A stretch of 64,000 bases of DNA from Eledone cirrhosa (GCA_964016885.1 OZ024743.1:305164001-305228000), one strand, 5' to 3'. Shown: positions 27,730-39,430, counted from the first letter of the stretch. Made by a program: numbers and translations. Notes: generated by a model from the sequence alone, not told the origin.

Positions 27730-28331
27730 TTTCTTGATATATTTCTTTTTTCTTTTCTTTTTCTTTTTAATTTTTATTTTTTATTTTCTTAGTTTATAGA
27801 TACATCTATAATAAGCAGTCTGCCCAAACCGTTGAATACTGACCTCTCCCCCCTCCCACCTAATTTCTGTATCTTGATCTAAATGTGTGTGGCAGTGTTT
27901 ATGTGAGTGAATTAATATCCATGTGCTTATGATATCCACATATATATATATGTGAGTGGGGGTGTGTGTGTGTTTGTATGTTCGTAATTATGTGTATGTT
28001 TATGCATATACGCGCGCGTGTGTGTGATTGTACGGATATGTGTGAGTATGAAAATATGTGTATACACTTATTTCATATTTATGTGTCTATACGCATCTTA
28101 TCTGTGCATTATAAACTTACAGAGACATTAACCTTGAAATTTTGTATTTGCATCCATCCTTTTGGTATGCGTATACATGTTGAGCATACATTTTTGTAAA
28201 ATATGTGTAAGGGTAGTTACATGTATATACACACACCGAACTGCATAAAACCTTTTGTATTTTCATTGGTCAATTTTGTTCCCAAACGGACCTGAAATTT
28301 TGAATTGTTGTTATTATCAATAAATATATTT

Positions 28332-28481
28332 CATTATTTCTGAAGACGGCGTATATATGTGTTGGTATGTATATTTAATCTTGATAGTTTGTATAATTCT
28401 GTATAATTTTGTACATAGATCTGTTGAATATGCATACCAATTCTAACACATATATATCCTAGAAACGATCGTTAAATAATG
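28332..28481 (+). ncRNA. Type I hammerhead ribozyme with ~115-nt stem II, right pLTR
   Basis: cattattt CTGAAGA [cggcgtatatatgtgttgg...ctaacacatatatatccta] GAAA cgatcg TT aaataatg: 8-bp stem I, palindromic stem III ACGATCGT. Confidence 0.75.
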
Positions 28482-28677
28482 AACTTTTTTTGTTTAATAT
28501 AAGGAACTGTTTCATTGTTTTATTCATTATTTGTTTAATATTTTATCTTGACTCTGTATACCGTTTATCTTTCACCGAAAGTGATTTTTCATTACATCTC
28601 TTCTTTCCATGATATCCGGAATACATTGAGTTCTTCATACGGATTGGACACTACCGTAAACTCTTGGTAGATTTATC

Positions 28678-28741
<64 letters not shown>

Positions 28742-29327
28742 AGACACGAAGTGACTAACAACAGAATGTTTTAGTCACTTTAGTGTTCTAACATATATGT
28801 GTAGATCGTAAATTTTTTTTCCATTGGATAATTTTCAACCAATCAGAGTATGTGTTGCTCAAAAGCATCCGCCATGTTTTTTTGTTTGCTTTCCTAGTTC
28901 ATTTCTTTTTGTTATTTCGTCGTTATATGATTTTTTAAAATTTATATTAACTATTTTTAAAACAAATGTAATATATTGACGTTAGAGTTAGGCGGTCAAT
29001 AGATAACATGAAAGTCTATTGTAAAAGTTTGTACAAATATTTTTTACTTTATCGTTTGTACAAAACGATTTTAAATTTTTGTTTGTAAAAAATGTTTAAA
29101 CACTTCAAAATAGCGTATATTCATGTTCTGTAATGTCCCATTTTTGTGCGCCCTTGTGCCAAATTAAGAAATATATCTTTATATCTTGTTCCTCTTTATA
29201 TATTGCAATCGAGTATAGGCAGAGTTCCGATTGTAATACAAACTGCACTTTGTTTGTAAATATTTGTAAAAATAATTTTTCTAAATACATTGTAAAAATT
29301 TGTGTCACACGCGTTTAAAAATCTTTG

Positions 29328-29381
<54 letters not shown>

Positions 29382-29809
29382 CTGAGGTTGTCTGTCTGTC
29401 TCTACTAAAACGGTCGCCACACATCTAAACTTATAGATTAAGCTCCAGCGGAGAGATCGGTCAAAAAAATGTTCAAATTGAATGTGTAATATTGATGTTT
29501 CAGTTAAAATGTATAAATTCAGTTGAGAGACGAGTTATTTCCCTTTAATGCAACGTGAGCAGACGATAAATTATTGAAAAGGCGCAAATCTTCACTATTG
29601 CATTATTGTCAGTATTAACTTTGCCTTTCATCCTTACGGGGTCGATAAAATAAAGTACCAGTAATACACTGTCACTATAAGTAGATGCCCATTCACAAAC
29701 AGTATTGAAAATATGTTCTTCGACAAATAAAAATGTTTTGTTCATACTATTTCGACTAGCGCTCGTTGTTCTACTCCACGCACGACCACCACAATTTGGT
29801 GACCAGCTC

Positions 29810-29985
29810 AACACAAGTATTGGTAAGCGTCAGACACCATGCTTTGTAGCATTGTTATGGCCCTTTGCGTTCTAAGTTCAAATACCGCCAAGGTTAACTT
29901 TGCCTTTCATCCTTACCAGTTCGATACAATAAAGTACCAGTAATGGACTGCGGTAATGGATTTGTGCCGAAAAATAGAAATACTA
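29810..29985 (+). mobile_element. SINE family A copy (partial second copy at ~29615-29670)
   Basis: aagttcaaatacc...ggttaactttgcctttcatcc...aataaagtaccag. Confidence 0.65.
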
Positions 29986-30340
29986 TTAATGTGCAATAAG
30001 AGTAAAATCTGACGACATTACTCAATTATTTTATTTAATGTTGCACCAATACAAGGAAATGTAGTTTGTGTATATTTTTTAATATTTGCTCATAGGCTTT
30101 TCCAATTTCGCTCAGCCAACAACTATTAAAAAGAGAGTTGCTTAAGATAACAATTTGATCATAAATTGTTGTTATCTTTTAATACACTCCAAAAAGTCAT
30201 CAAATTATGTGCAATAACAACAAATCTCATTAATTTGCTCAGGGAATAAAGAAAATGTATATAGACTGCTAGTCCCACACTTTTGAAGGTTTATTATAAC
30301 ATTCTGTGGCTCTTTTGAGCTTGCGCATTTTTCATGTCTA

Positions 30341-30395
<55 letters not shown>

Positions 30396-30409
30396 TATAA
30401 ATATATATA

Positions 30410-31916
30410 TGAAATTGATATCATACTTACAGCTAGAAGAACTCTTATTAACTTCAGCAATGAGTATTGGACCCGCTCAGATAGAAATAGAAACTTTGAT
30501 ATTACTATGGGGGCATCCGATTCTGCGCAAATCACAGATCTTCTTGAAATTTTCATATTAAATATGATAAATAGAAAACTGCCGGAGATTACTGGTGGTT
30601 TATATAGGGACGACATTTTTTTACGGTGGTCAAACACAACAATATTGAACTAAATAGAGTAAAGAAAAGTATAATAGAATTCTCTAAAATGTATGACCTT
30701 AAGTTAGAAGTAGAAAATGGTACCAAAATAGTTAATTTCCTAGATGTTACGTTTAACTTAAACTCTGGCTTTTATAACCCTTTTCATAAGCCCAATGAAA
30801 ACTTAAACTATGTTAGTTACTACTCCAATCACCCTAAATCTGTAAAAAAGGCTATAGTAAATAGTGTGCAAAAACGCATTAATAGAATATCAGCCAATAA
30901 AGCAATAGTTGATGTTAATGCAGCACACTACAATGATGCATTAAAAAGAGCAGGATATGAGAATAATATAGAATATGTAGACAATAATAATCCAAGTTTT
31001 AATCCTGATAAAAATAACGGCATATATAAGCGAATCTCTCATGATTATAATTCAAACACCCATACAGGGAACAAATCGAGGAAAAGAACTAGAACTCAAT
31101 CAGTTATATGCCCCCCACCCCCACCCCCCCACTTCCGTAGCAGTTAGAACACCAATTGCAAACCTATTCTTTAAAGCTTTGGACAGCTCTTTCCCTAATC
31201 AACATAAATACCATTCCATTTTTAACAGACACACTATTAAATTATCTTATTCTACAACTATGAATATGGCCCAAAACATTGGTAAAATAAACAGTAAAAT
31301 TCTAAAGCAGAATTAGCATAATGATCTTAATAATAGTGTTAACATAAATAATAATAAATCAAAATGTAATTGTAGAAATAAACTTGATTGCCCTCTGCAA
31401 AATAATTGTTTGGATAGTAATTTGGTGTATAAATGCACCGTAAAAACTGATTACAACACATACAACTACATAGGATCGACTTCTTCTACATTTAAAGCTA
31501 GATTTGCGAATCATAAATGTTAATTTTCGAATTCCAATAGGAAATCATCCACTTCTTTATCACAGCTTATATGGTCATTAAAAGATAATAATTTAAAATA
31601 CTCCATCTTTTGGACGAAACTTCGTAATAGTGGAGTTTACCGCAACTCAAGTATATCAAGTAACTGCGCGCTTTGTACAATGGAGACCCTTTTGATTATT
31701 AATAATTATGAGAACATAATTAACAAAAAAGTGAATTATTCTCAAACTGCCTTCATAAAGCCTTGTCTACATTCCAAGCCTCCCATAAGATCAAGAAAAA
31801 ACAGTAAGCAACCAAACTTAGTTTTTATACGTACATCATCAACAGTTGAAAACCTTAATGGCTTGTAAAACTTTAATATTCCTTTATCTTATAACCATCT
31901 ATAAAGGAAATAACGT
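30410..31916 (+). mobile_element. 5'-truncated, frameshifted Naiad-like PLE (RT C-terminal half + GIY-YIG) between (TA)n tracts
   Basis: FDITMGASDSAQITDL, GGLYRDD, NFLDVTF, SNHP, CNCRNKLDCPLQNNCL, LVYKC...YIGST...FKARFANH. A paralog of, not identical to, the 20146-22586 ORF. Confidence 0.9.
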
Positions 31917-31930
31917 ATATATATATATAT

Positions 31931-33862
31931 ATAACGAAGGAAATGTGGTAAGCAACCTGGTGGACCATAACGCACCAAAGTACTCAATACTTAGGGTAGT
32001 AGAGTGGGTAATAGGCACGAGTAGGACCCCGACGGCTGAGCTCAAGCCGTTTCGACGGTTAATTCTGGACTAAATGAAAATGTTTATCCTGGTATATGAA
32101 TAGCCGAGCTTCTGAGGGGGTAATTCCATATATGGTAAAAGTGATTATCACATGGATTGGTCAAAAGTTTGTTGTTGAGACACATAATTCTATCATGGCA
32201 ATTTGTGGAAGGAAGGGGTAGCTGAACCTGCCAGTAGAAGGGAGAGGGAGAGGGAGTGGAGGAAACCCAGTCGTGCGTTGATAGTGCCAACTACAGCAGG
32301 GCAGGAGGTCAAGCAAGTATACTAGGGAGGGGGAGGAAGTCGAAACAATAAGTAAATCAATATGGAGTTAATATATAGAAGAATACCAAGAAAGTTAAAA
32401 ATATGAAAAAAATATATAAAAAAAAATATTAAAAAAAAAAGAAAACAATTTCTGGTTACTATTCCCTAACGACAGTCATCAAGTCTCTCACTGGTACTGC
32501 TAAACTATAGAAAAGTTTACTAGGTGGGACGGAATTGTAATGAGACAATTTTAAGAGTTAGTAGTAATCAACCGAGTATATCTTACGGTGACAGGTCAAC
32601 AAGTGGGGGGGGGGGGGGGCCAAAATACTAAAGAAACTATCACGAAATAATAATTCAGAGTCCCGAAACTAATACGAAATAAATGTTTCTACCCTAGGCA
32701 CAAGGCCAGCAACCACCCAGTGCAAAACATAAACTAATACGAAATAATAATTCAGAATCCCGAAATGAATACTAATACTATCTCTAAGAGTGCCGCTACG
32801 ATACAAAAATTCTAGTGCAAACTACATAAATGCTCGTACGAGGTATATGAAAAATTTGATACGGAAAATTAATTCTGAATCCCCCCCCCCAAAAAAAAAA
32901 ATACTGATATACGAGAAATTAAAGCAGAGATACCACTAAGAAATGTAGAAAGCACGGAAATGGGGCAGCCATCGGATAAGAAAGCAAGTATCTGGGGTCT
33001 ATCACATCTGCTATAAAAAGCGGAGTCGGCCAATTCTATCATAGAATAGGGGAAGGGGGTGGGGGTACTGAGGCTACAAAGGACCGAGGGGCTGCCTCGG
33101 GTGGGCGAGAAAGTGAAACAAAGAAGGAGGAGTGGGGAGGAAGGACTAGGAAGGGATGGGGCGAAGAAGGAAATATAGAGGAAACGATAAAAAGATATAA
33201 AAGAAGATCTTATGTCTACCTTTGCAAGCAGGGGTTACCCATTACAAAGTCGGCAAGTGGGGTGTTACAGCCCTTGTCTACCCCCCCCCCCCCCCCGAGT
33301 CATTATGGGGTTTGAGGGCGATATAAGACCTACGCAATCTGTGTTTGCATGCAGTTACCAGTTTGTCTTTCTTGTTTAGGAGTTGGTCTGCCGAAAACAG
33401 CATTTGTAAAGTTTCCTCCGAGCATAAATTGCACGGACGGCGTCCTCCCGTGTAAGAGTTGGCTCTGGACAGTAAGCTCCAAGTGAGATCATAGGTAATA
33501 TTGTTATCCTTGAGCTCCCAGATATGGCCCGAAAGTGTAGTAGCGTGACTTCTTCTACTGGCAGGTTCAGCTACCCCTTCCTTCCACAAATTTCCATAAT
33601 AGAATTATGTATCTCAGCAACAAACTTTTGACCAATCCTTGTGACAATCACTTTTACTATATATGGAATTACCCCCTGAGAAGCTCGGCTATTCATATAC
33701 CAGGATAAAAAATTTCATTTAGTCCAGAATTAGCCGTCGAAACGGCTTGAGCTCAGCCGTCGGGGTCCTACTCGTTCCTATTACCCACTCTACTACCCTA
33801 AGTATTGAGTACTTTGGTGCGTTATGGTCCACCTGCTTCCTTACCACATTTCCTTCGTTATA
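31931..33862 (-). mobile_element. Truncated PLE: GIY-YIG C-terminus plus 3' region, with an inverted ~310-bp terminal copy (31931-32240 vs 33552-33860)
   Basis: TTLSGHIWELK...YDLTWSLL..A..Y....CNLCSEE...LLNKK..L...CKH at 33278-33550; inverted arms; (TA)n flanks; HHR-like fold in both arms. Confidence 0.85.
33671..33766 (+). ncRNA. Hammerhead-like motif with non-consensus core (mirror copy at 32026-32121, -)
   Basis: acccc CTGAGAA g-ctcggctattc...gaattagccgtc GAAA cggcttgagctcagccg TC ggggt: all three stems are present but G8 is replaced by A. Confidence 0.55.
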
Positions 33863-33902
33863 TATATATACATATATATATCTATATATATATAGATATA
33901 TA

Positions 33903-34125
33903 TCATCGTCATCATCATCATCAGTTTTACGTCCATTCTTCCACACTAGCATGTGTTAGACAGGTTGTCCTGTTGCGGGCAGTGTCCGTTCAGCTGACCT
34001 TGTCTTGCTCATACGGGAACTGATTCTGGCTTGATTTCTACAGTTGGATGCCCTTCCTAACACCAACCTCATTTACAGTGAGTGCTGGGTGCTTTTTTTT
34101 CCGTGGCACCTACACGTCCACTTTG
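33903..34125 (-). mobile_element. RTE 3'-tail fragment, inverted relative to the adjacent RTE
   Basis: Reverse complement of ~35870-36080 (ggatgcccttcctaacaccaacc motif, (GAT)n tail). Confidence 0.7.
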
Positions 34126-34134
34126 CATATATAG

Positions 34135-36079
34135 ATATGAAGTTGGGGAAGGCAACCGGGCCATCGGGAATAGCTGTCGAGATGCTGAAGGCATCGCGGT
34201 CGGTAGGTCATACCATAACCACATGTATTATTAACCAGGTAATACTAGAAGGTGTCATATCAAAGGATTGGTGCAGTAGCATCATTGTCAACTGCTACAA
34301 GGTAAAGGTGATGCACTAGATAGAGGAAACTATAGAGGTATAAAGCTGATGGACCAGGTCATGAAAGTAACAGAAGGAGTTAGAGCAGAGTTGATTAGGG
34401 ACCGGGTGAAACTAGATGAGATGCAATTTGGGTTTGTGCCAGGAAGATGCACCACTGATGCCCTCTTCCTTGTGAGGCAGTTACAGGAAAAGTACCTAGC
34501 TAAAAGTAAGCCGCTCTACCTGGCATTCGTCGATCTCAAGAAAGCCTTTGACAAAGTTCCCCATGCTATAATCTGGTGAGCTCTTAGAAAACTAGGAGTA
34601 GATGAATGGCTTGTGAAAGCTGTACAAGCCATGTATAGGGGAGCAGTCAGCAAAGTCAGGATTAGCAATGACTATAGCAAGGAATTTAGTGTCGGTGTCC
34701 GCCAGGGCTCTGTTCTTAGCCCTCTCCTGTTCATCATAGTTCTGCAGGCAATAACGGAGGAGTTTAAGACCAGATTCCCATGGGAACTCTTGTATGCAGA
34801 TGACCTCGCACTCATAGCTGAATCTAGAGAATACACTTATAGGTAGAACTAGAGAAGAAATTCCAAACTTGGAAGCAGGGACTAGAAAGAAAGGGTCGCA
34901 AATTCAACCTGACAAAGACTAAGAGACTAAGGTCCTTGTAAGTAGACGAGAAAACAGAACCCAGATCCCCTGAGGGAAATGGCCTTGCTCACTATGTAGG
35001 AAAGGTGTAGGTAGGAACTCCATTCTCTGCCCCAAATGCAAACAATGGGTACACAAGAGATGTAGCGGGATCTCAGGAAGCTTAATTAAGAATGTAGGCT
35101 TCACATGTAGCAGCTGTGCTGGGACAGCAAGCAGCAAACAGCCACATGAAACAAGTACCACCAAAATCTAGGAGGGCTCTGTAGAAACAGTAGACAGCTT
35201 CTGCTGCCTAGGTGACCAAATTAGCAGCAGAGGTGAGTGTTCAGAAATTACAATAACTAGGGTAAGAACGGGATGGAAGTTCAGGGAGCTACTGCCATTG
35301 CTAGCTACAAAAGGCTTCTCCCTCAAAATAAAGGCAGACTGTATGGTGCGTGTATACGAACAGCAATGTTACATGGTAGTGAGGCATGGGTGCTGTCTGT
35401 GGAAGACTTGCGTAGATTAGAAAGAAACAAAGCCTACATGCTCCGATGGATGTGTATTAGTAATATATGCGAGCGGCAAAGCAAAAATGAATTGAGAGAG
35501 AGACTGAGCATAAGAGGAATCAAATGCTGTGTGCAGGAGAGGCGGTTGCGGGTGTATGGACATGTGAGGCGTATGAAGGATGACAGCTGCATAAAAAGAT
35601 GCAGAGCACTAGAAGTAATAGAACCCGTGGAGTGGGGAGACCCAAGAAGACCTGGGATGAAGTGATAATAGCCGACTTTACCCAATTACACCTCTCAAAG
35701 GCGATGACACCCGACCGTGACCTCTGGTGTCACACAGTAATACAGAAGACCCGACCCCCCACAGGTAACAAGCCGAAGCTGAAGCATATAGACAATATGC
35801 CCCCACACCCTCCCACAGCAAGGTGGTCGTGGAGGTGCCACGGCAAAAAAGCACCCAGCCCACACTGTAAAGTGGACATGTAGGCGCCACGAAAAAAAGC
35901 ACCCAGCGCTCACTGTAAATGAGGTTGGTGTTAGGAAGGGCATCCAGCTGTAGAAATCAAGCCAGAATCTGTTCCTCTATGAGCAAGGCATGGTCAGCCG
36001 ACCGGACACTGCCCACAACAGGGTAACCCGTCTAACCCATGCTAGCGCGAAAAACGGACATAAAATGGTGATGATGATG

Positions 36080-36080
<1 letters not shown>
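34135..36080 (+). mobile_element. 5'-truncated RTE-type LINE (RT + finger + 3' UTR, (GAT)n tail)
   Basis: MKLGKATGPSG, MQFGFVPGR, AFVDLKKAFDKV, GVRQGSVLSPLLF, LLYADDL, CSLCRKGVG..SILCPKCKQWVHKRCSG, GRPKKTW. Confidence 0.92.
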
Positions 36081-36142
<62 letters not shown>

Positions 36143-36384
36143 ATGGTCTCATAACGCTTGAAGGAGTCATAGGGGTGCTGTATTGACATATGACATTTCT
36201 AGGTCATTTTAAAACCTGGTGGAGCCCATAATCCTCTCCAGATTTCTCCCAGAGAAGGATAGACAGAGAGAGTGAGAGAATGGCAAGGAGAAAGATATAT
36301 ATAGAGGAAGAATCAATTCTGGACAATAATATAATCATATTTTCTAAAAGGAAAAAATATAAATAAAAACTAAAAAAATCTTAC

Positions 36385-36708
36385 CTAATTCTTGGCATTT
36401 ATCTCTTTGGATATCAACACTATCAATTAAAATTGTACAAGTAGAAGGATAATAATAATTTGCAGTAGTCGCCACAAAAACAAGTTTTGTAAGCTCTTCT
36501 TGTATGTACATTTGAGCAGTACTCCATTCAGTTGTATCATCATTTACAGTACTCAGCAATCTGTTCTTGTTATAGGCATTATAGATGGTCAGATTGCACA
36601 TCATGTTTGTCATCTTGTATCTAATTTGTACACAGCTGTTGGTAATATTTTCACTTGGTGATGCTAAAATGCTCTCATGGTAACTTTTTTTAAATAGCAT
36701 GTAATTTC
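36385..36708 (-). CDS. MAM/LDLa protein exon, body of MAM domain 3
   Basis: ttcttttccag acceptor, gtaaga donor, 324 nt, phase 1-1. Encodes GNYMLF...ILASP...CVQIRY...EWSTAQ...KLVFVA...ILIDSVDIQRDKCQEL. Confidence 0.85.
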
Positions 36709-37371
36709 CTGGAAAAGAAATTTGAAATATTATTCACTTTGTATCCTATATATATAGTGTGACATAATTCATCTTAAAATAGAACAACACATTTTTTTCT
36801 GTAAATTATTAATAGCTATTAGTTTCAAATTCAGAAATGTTTTGGTATAATATTTGAATTATGAAAGTGAATCTCACGAACCATAGGTCATGATTTGAAA
36901 TCTTTTGTGAAGTTCAAATAAGAATTTGTGATGTCCATACAAAATCATTATCAATATTAAAAAGGCATCCAGCCATAGAAAGCTTATTAAACAAAGGGCT
37001 GGGAAGACACTGAGTTGTGTCAAAGACCTCTCCTGTGCACTTGGTAGAATGTGAAACTGTACATAAGCAAGACACTTCTGGCCTGTCTGAGAGGTGAGTT
37101 CCCCTACTTCAGTACTAACTTAGTCTATGTAGACCCATCTAACCCTAGCTAGTAAGGAAAGCAAACATTAAAACGATGATAATGATGAATAATTAAAACA
37201 AGTAATTGAATCTGGCTGTTGACACAATTTGCCACAAGCTTACATTCTTCTCTATGGCTCAAGTTGAAAAGCCCCAAATACCTAAATATTCAAGTCTTTT
37301 GCTAGATATAGGTTCATAAAAATAAAAGATAGAATGTGTTATCGAATATGAAATAAATAATTATTAATTAC

Positions 37372-37479
37372 CATTTAATGAGTCACTTTCATTTCCTGAT
37401 TCTATTCTTTGCCATTTTCTATAACTATAGTTTTCATACTGGCACATATCATTTGAGAAGTCACAGGCAATACTTCGGC
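37372..37479 (-). CDS. MAM/LDLa protein exon, N-terminus of MAM domain 3
   Basis: ctctttctcatccaag acceptor, gtaatt donor, 108 nt, phase 1-1. Encodes GRSIACDFSNDMCQYENYSYRKWQRIESGNESDSLN (classic CDF...C.Y...W). Confidence 0.85.
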
Positions 37480-37984
37480 CTTGGATGAGAAAGAGTAAAA
37501 AAACATTATTATTTTAAATTTGAAAATGTTATCAACATTATAAAAATAAAAATATATGCAGCGTTCTCTTCTGTAAATCAGATAAACTCAAGCATTGAAG
37601 TGAGATGAGTATGATTTTATTTTAGTGTAGAGAATAAGTCAATGAAATATGGAATTATAATTAGACAACGAAGATAATCTTTTAAAATATGCTGATAATT
37701 TATATTCATGAAGTAGGGCTCCAGCCAAGCAGAGTGAAACATGGTTGTAGAATATCGGCCCCATGAAGATCAGTGACTATAAAATGGTTGCCATAACAAC
37801 AACTTTGTTACAATTTTGTGAAACCATCGAGAACAACAAGAAGTTCATAGCAAAATAATACATAACACAGCACCAACTACACAAACATTTGGCTCATGTT
37901 CCAAGTTGTATCATCTATATAACAAGAAAAAGATTATCATGTTTAGGTTTTGTGCCACAGTGCAAGGTATTTTTTTCAATATGG

Positions 37985-38455
37985 CATATCACCAGTCAGC
38001 TCAGTCCTATGTCACATGTGTCTCAGTACTTGTACTGGTGGACAAGTCTTTTGTATTATAGAATATCACCAGTCATCTCAGTCTTGTGTCATCTCTGTCA
38101 CAGAGCTGGTACTAGGACTGGACCTCTGTATTATGACATATCACCAGTCAGCTCAGTCCTGTGTCATCTCTGCCACAGTGATGATACTAGTGGACTGCTG
38201 TATTATGATATATCACCAGTCATTTCTGTCACAGTGCTGGTACTAGTGGACTGGACTGCTGTATTTTGACATATCACCAGTCAGCTCAGTCCTGTGTCAT
38301 CTCTGTAGCACAGCTGGTACTAGTGGACTGGACTGTTGTATTATGACATATCACCAGTCAGCTCAGTTCTGTGTCATCTGTCACAGTGCTGGTACTAGTG
38401 GACTGGACCTCTGTATTATGACATATCACCAGTCAGCTCAGTTCTGTGTCATCTC
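37985..38455. repeat. Imperfect ~65-75-bp minisatellite (~7 copies)
   Basis: Recurring catatcaccagtcagctcagtcctgtgtcatctc...gctggtactagtggactggac...gtattatga. Confidence 0.85.
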
Positions 38456-38499
38456 CTTTGTGAGGATCAATTTTTTAAAGTCTTATTTCACAACTTCGT

Positions 38500-39430
38500 C
38501 CTATGTCTTCCTTGGTTTCTTTCTTCCACAGGTTTCACCCACTTCAAGTGTTCAGCTCTTTTTTTATATAACTCTCACTCTCCTGACACATCATATGCTT
38601 ATATCACCACAATGGTCTCTCTTGCACATTATATTTTCTGCCTCCTATGCTCAGCTTTTTTCTCAGCCTCATTGCTCACAGTCCTTTACATATATTAATA
38701 TTCACATCCAGTGAAGCATTGCATGTTTCATTTCTTTTTATCCACTGAAGTTCCTCACTCAGAATGGATGTCTCACTACAATGGTTTTGAACACAAGCAA
38801 CATATAATTTGCCCTTTACTTCATTGCCAGCAGAGGTAAGAGCTCCCTGAACTTCCTCCTCCCTTTTCTCACTCTGGCTACGACATTTTCGGTACATCCA
38901 CCTTCACTGCTAATGAGGTCCATTAGATAACAAAAGCTATCTACAATTTATAATGAGTCCTCTGATCATTTGAGGGAGATCATTTCCTGAGTAACCTTCC
39001 TGTTAACTACCCTTGTGCATCTGTCAGTATTAAGTCCCTGTCAGCCTACCTGTGTGTTCACTATTCCCTCTCGGAGTTTCTAGCCATCCCGTTTTGACAT
39101 ATGGAGCATGTACCTAATGATATCAGAGTCCTATTCTCTTTCCTATTTACTAAAACTTTAGTCTTTGTGAAGTTCACTTTGAAGTCCTTTGATTCTAGAT
39201 TCTGTTTCCATGTCTGGAACTTCTGCTTTAATTATAACATATGCTACCTAAAGCTGCCACATTTCAATGAAAAGACAAAACAGCCATCAGACAAGCCAAC
39301 CAGAGAGTGGGCCTGAAAATACTCCTGGCACACTCTTTGAGGAGACTTCTCCACCAACACTGACCTACATACAATAAGTGCACATTTCCTAATTATACTA
39401 TCAACAATGCAGAAGAGTACATGAGAATAC
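38500..39430 (-). mobile_element. Decayed RTE-type LINE fragment
   Basis: KGKLYVACV and KRNE...LD motifs, plus a ggaaacagaatctagaatcaaaggacttcaaagtgaac segment similar to the other RTE copies. Confidence 0.65.

Larger units (their letters stand above)
16215..28680 (-). mobile_element. Penelope-like retroelement (Naiad-like) with ~3.7-kb inverted pseudo-LTRs, inserted in (TA)n
   Basis: RT-GIY-YIG ORF at 20146-22586. Arm 16215-19960 is the reverse complement of 22760-28546 (excluding the nested insertion at 25622-27673). HHR in each arm. (TA)n on both flanks. Confidence 0.9.

Noticed and set aside
16215-28546. Large DNA transposon with long TIRs (Polinton or foldback)
   Set aside because: The internal ORF is a PLE RT/GIY-YIG, the arms contain HHRs, and the arm ends are asymmetric, as expected for inverted pLTRs.
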